A DNA stretch of 64,000 bases, taken from positions 1 through 64,000 of the forward strand of contig CBDBPB010000008.1 of assembly GCA_965208615.1 (NCBI GenBank). The letters are read 5' to 3'. Positions 62,471-64,000 of this stretch are shown here, piece by piece (position 1 is the first letter of the stretch; every line of letters begins with the position of its first letter). The position numbers were made by a program, and so were the translations under genes. The stretch is from Spirochaetota bacterium. GTDB taxonomy: Bacteria; Spirochaetota; UBA6919; CBDBPB01. The notes beneath the pieces are model-generated. The model was not told where the DNA came from. It worked only from the letters and a program-made list of their open reading frames with translations, and searched no databases.

Positions 62471-64000
62471 ATGAATACAAATAAAAATATGCTAATAGCA
62501 GTTGTATTATCTATTATTCTTATTGTTGTAGTATTATCAATACAAAACTACTTACAGCCAGAAGGGCCAGTAAAACCCGTAAAAGATACAAAAAAAATAA
62601 CTAAACCTGAGAATACGGCTAAACCTAAGGATACGACTAAACCTAAGGATACGGCTAAACCTAAGGATACGGCTAAGCCTAGTAAAAAGCTTTCTGAAAA
62701 AAGTATTAGTCCTGATGAAAAGCCTTCTAAAAAAGCTGTAACCTCGTCTCATAGCAGTAACAAAAGAATAGTTCCAACTGAAGATTATGATATTCTTAGT
62801 GAATCTGGAAAAAGTAAGATAAAATCATTTGAAGTGGAAACTGATGTTTTTATAATCAATTTTACAACTGTAGACGCTTCCATAACTAATTTTAAACTAA
62901 AAGAATATCCCGATGAAAGAAATAAGTATACTGATGCTGTATTCTATAATAACAAAAAAAATGTATATCCCTTTGCTACAAGCTTTGTCGGAGCTAAAGA
63001 GCTTAAAAATAAGATTAAGTCAGCTTATAAATATTCACATAATTTGGATGAGCTTAAGGCAGGTAAAACAGAAAAGTTAATTGTTAAATTTTATAGCGAA
63101 TACTATATTAACAACGCAAGAACTCAAAAAATAGGATTAGAAAAAACCTTTAGTTTTAAAAAAAATAAATACCTTTTCGACGTCGATATAAAAATTATAA
63201 ACTTGTCTAAAGAAAATGTAGAATTAATAAGCAATAGTCGTAAGGATGCAGGTTTTTTTATACATTGGGGAGAAAGTATTGGTCCCTTTTATAAGAAGGG
63301 TGAGAGCGCTTATGATGACGTTATTACTACCTCTTATTTATATGTAGACAAAAATAGAGATGCTCAAGATGAAGAGGTTGAAGACTCCTCTGAGTCAAAG
63401 AGTAACGATCTAAGAAACCTGAAGTGGGTATCTATGGATAGTAGATATTTGGCTATGTTTATGAGCCTTGATTGGAAAGAGGATAACAAAGGAATAAAAC
63501 GCTGGGATAAGAATAATTTCTTCGGAGAGATTTATAATAACGAAAACTTGAAAAAAGAAAATGAAGAGATTATTGGTCTAGGAGTTGATAAGGTTAGTTT
63601 ATCGGGGATAAATCAAGTTAAAAAATATCACTTTTCTGTTTTAATTGGTCCTAAGACTAGAAGATTCCTCGGAAAAGATGAATATGATTTATACGAGTTT
63701 ACAAGAGTTAGAAGAAGTTGGTTTGTTTTTATAAAGCCTTTAGAATGGGGGATAGAGTGGCTATTATTTACATCTAATAGTTTAGTTCATAATTTTGGCT
63801 GGGCTATTATTATTCTTACCATTATATTGAAAATTATTTTGCATCCCCTTACTAAAAAGAGTATGGCCTCCAGTCGTAATATGCAAAAATTACAGCCTAA
63901 GATTAAGGAGCTAAATGAAAAATATAAGGGGAATAAAAATCCACAAGCAAAACAAAAGGCATTAATGGAGTTATATAAACGTGAAAAAATTAATCCATTA
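62471..64000 (+). CDS. yidC: membrane protein insertase YidC (runs off the right edge)
   Basis: SD AGGAGG, N-terminal TM, open frame to the edge ending NFGWAIIILTIILKIILHPLTKKSMASSRNMQKLQPKIKEL...YKREKINPL. Confidence 0.93.
   Translation, partial: MNTNKNMLIAVVLSIILIVVVLSIQNYLQPEGPVKPVKDTKKITKPENTAKPKDTTKPKDTAKPKDTAKPSKKLSEKSISPDEKPSKKAVTSSHSSNKRIVPTEDYDILSESGKSKIKSFEVETDVFIINFTTVDASITNFKLKEYPDERNKYTDAVFYNNKKNVYPFATSFVGAKELKNKIKSAYKYSHNLDELKAGKTEKLIVKFYSEYYINNARTQKIGLEKTFSFKKNKYLFDVDIKIINLSKENVELISNSRKDAGFFIHWGESIGPFYKKGESAYDDVITTSYLYVDKNRDAQDEEVEDSSESKSNDLRNLKWVSMDSRYLAMFMSLDWKEDNKGIKRWDKNNFFGEIYNNENLKKENEEIIGLGVDKVSLSGINQVKKYHFSVLIGPKTRRFLGKDEYDLYEFTRVRRSWFVFIKPLEWGIEWLLFTSNSLVHNFGWAIIILTIILKIILHPLTKKSMASSRNMQKLQPKIKELNEKYKGNKNPQAKQKALMELYKREKINPL
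62601..62681 (+). repeat. 18-bp coding tandem repeat (about 4.5 copies; KPKDTA) in the YidC linker
   Basis: ctaaacctaaggatacgg units at 62601, 62619, 62637 and 62655, partial at 62673. Confidence 0.85.

Noticed and set aside
62552-62752. ORF with RFSRIL repeats
   Set aside because: Antisense reading of the 18-bp repeat inside yidC.

Overview
AT-rich (roughly 30% GC by eye) bacterial chromosomal segment, most likely from a Spirochaetota member. This is inferred from the L34 with a spirochaete-type LTVSDE tail, CheX, a Leptospira-style LRR protein, an Asp-type MurA and a TPR/Mrr-fold membrane protein. The window holds about 55 mostly housekeeping genes in short, scrambled units: orphan gcvPB, rnfC, hisD, trpB2, dapA and prp; complete znuACB and TRAP dctPQM; and rpmH-rnpA-yidD-yidC at the right edge without dnaA. 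No rRNA, tRNA, CRISPR array, IS or prophage was seen. Highlights: (1) two tandem full-length sucrose synthases, the second with a catalytic Arg->Lys change and an altered acceptor loop, possibly a catalytic/regulatory pair; (2) a receiver protein coupled to a membrane HAMP-PAS-pseudokinase-DEDDh exonuclease, followed by a DHH nanoRNase and facing a degenerate PilZ gene; (3) a KdsA-fold protein that keeps its PEP-binding residues but has lost the arabinose-5-P site, directly upstream of PTS Enzyme I; (4) two paralogous Pmp-like beta-helix lipoproteins, one with fresh 150-bp and 78-bp DNA duplications; (5) four single-base frameshifts, three in A9/A10 tracts (assembly errors or slippage). All calls come from motif recognition by eye; no database searches were run.
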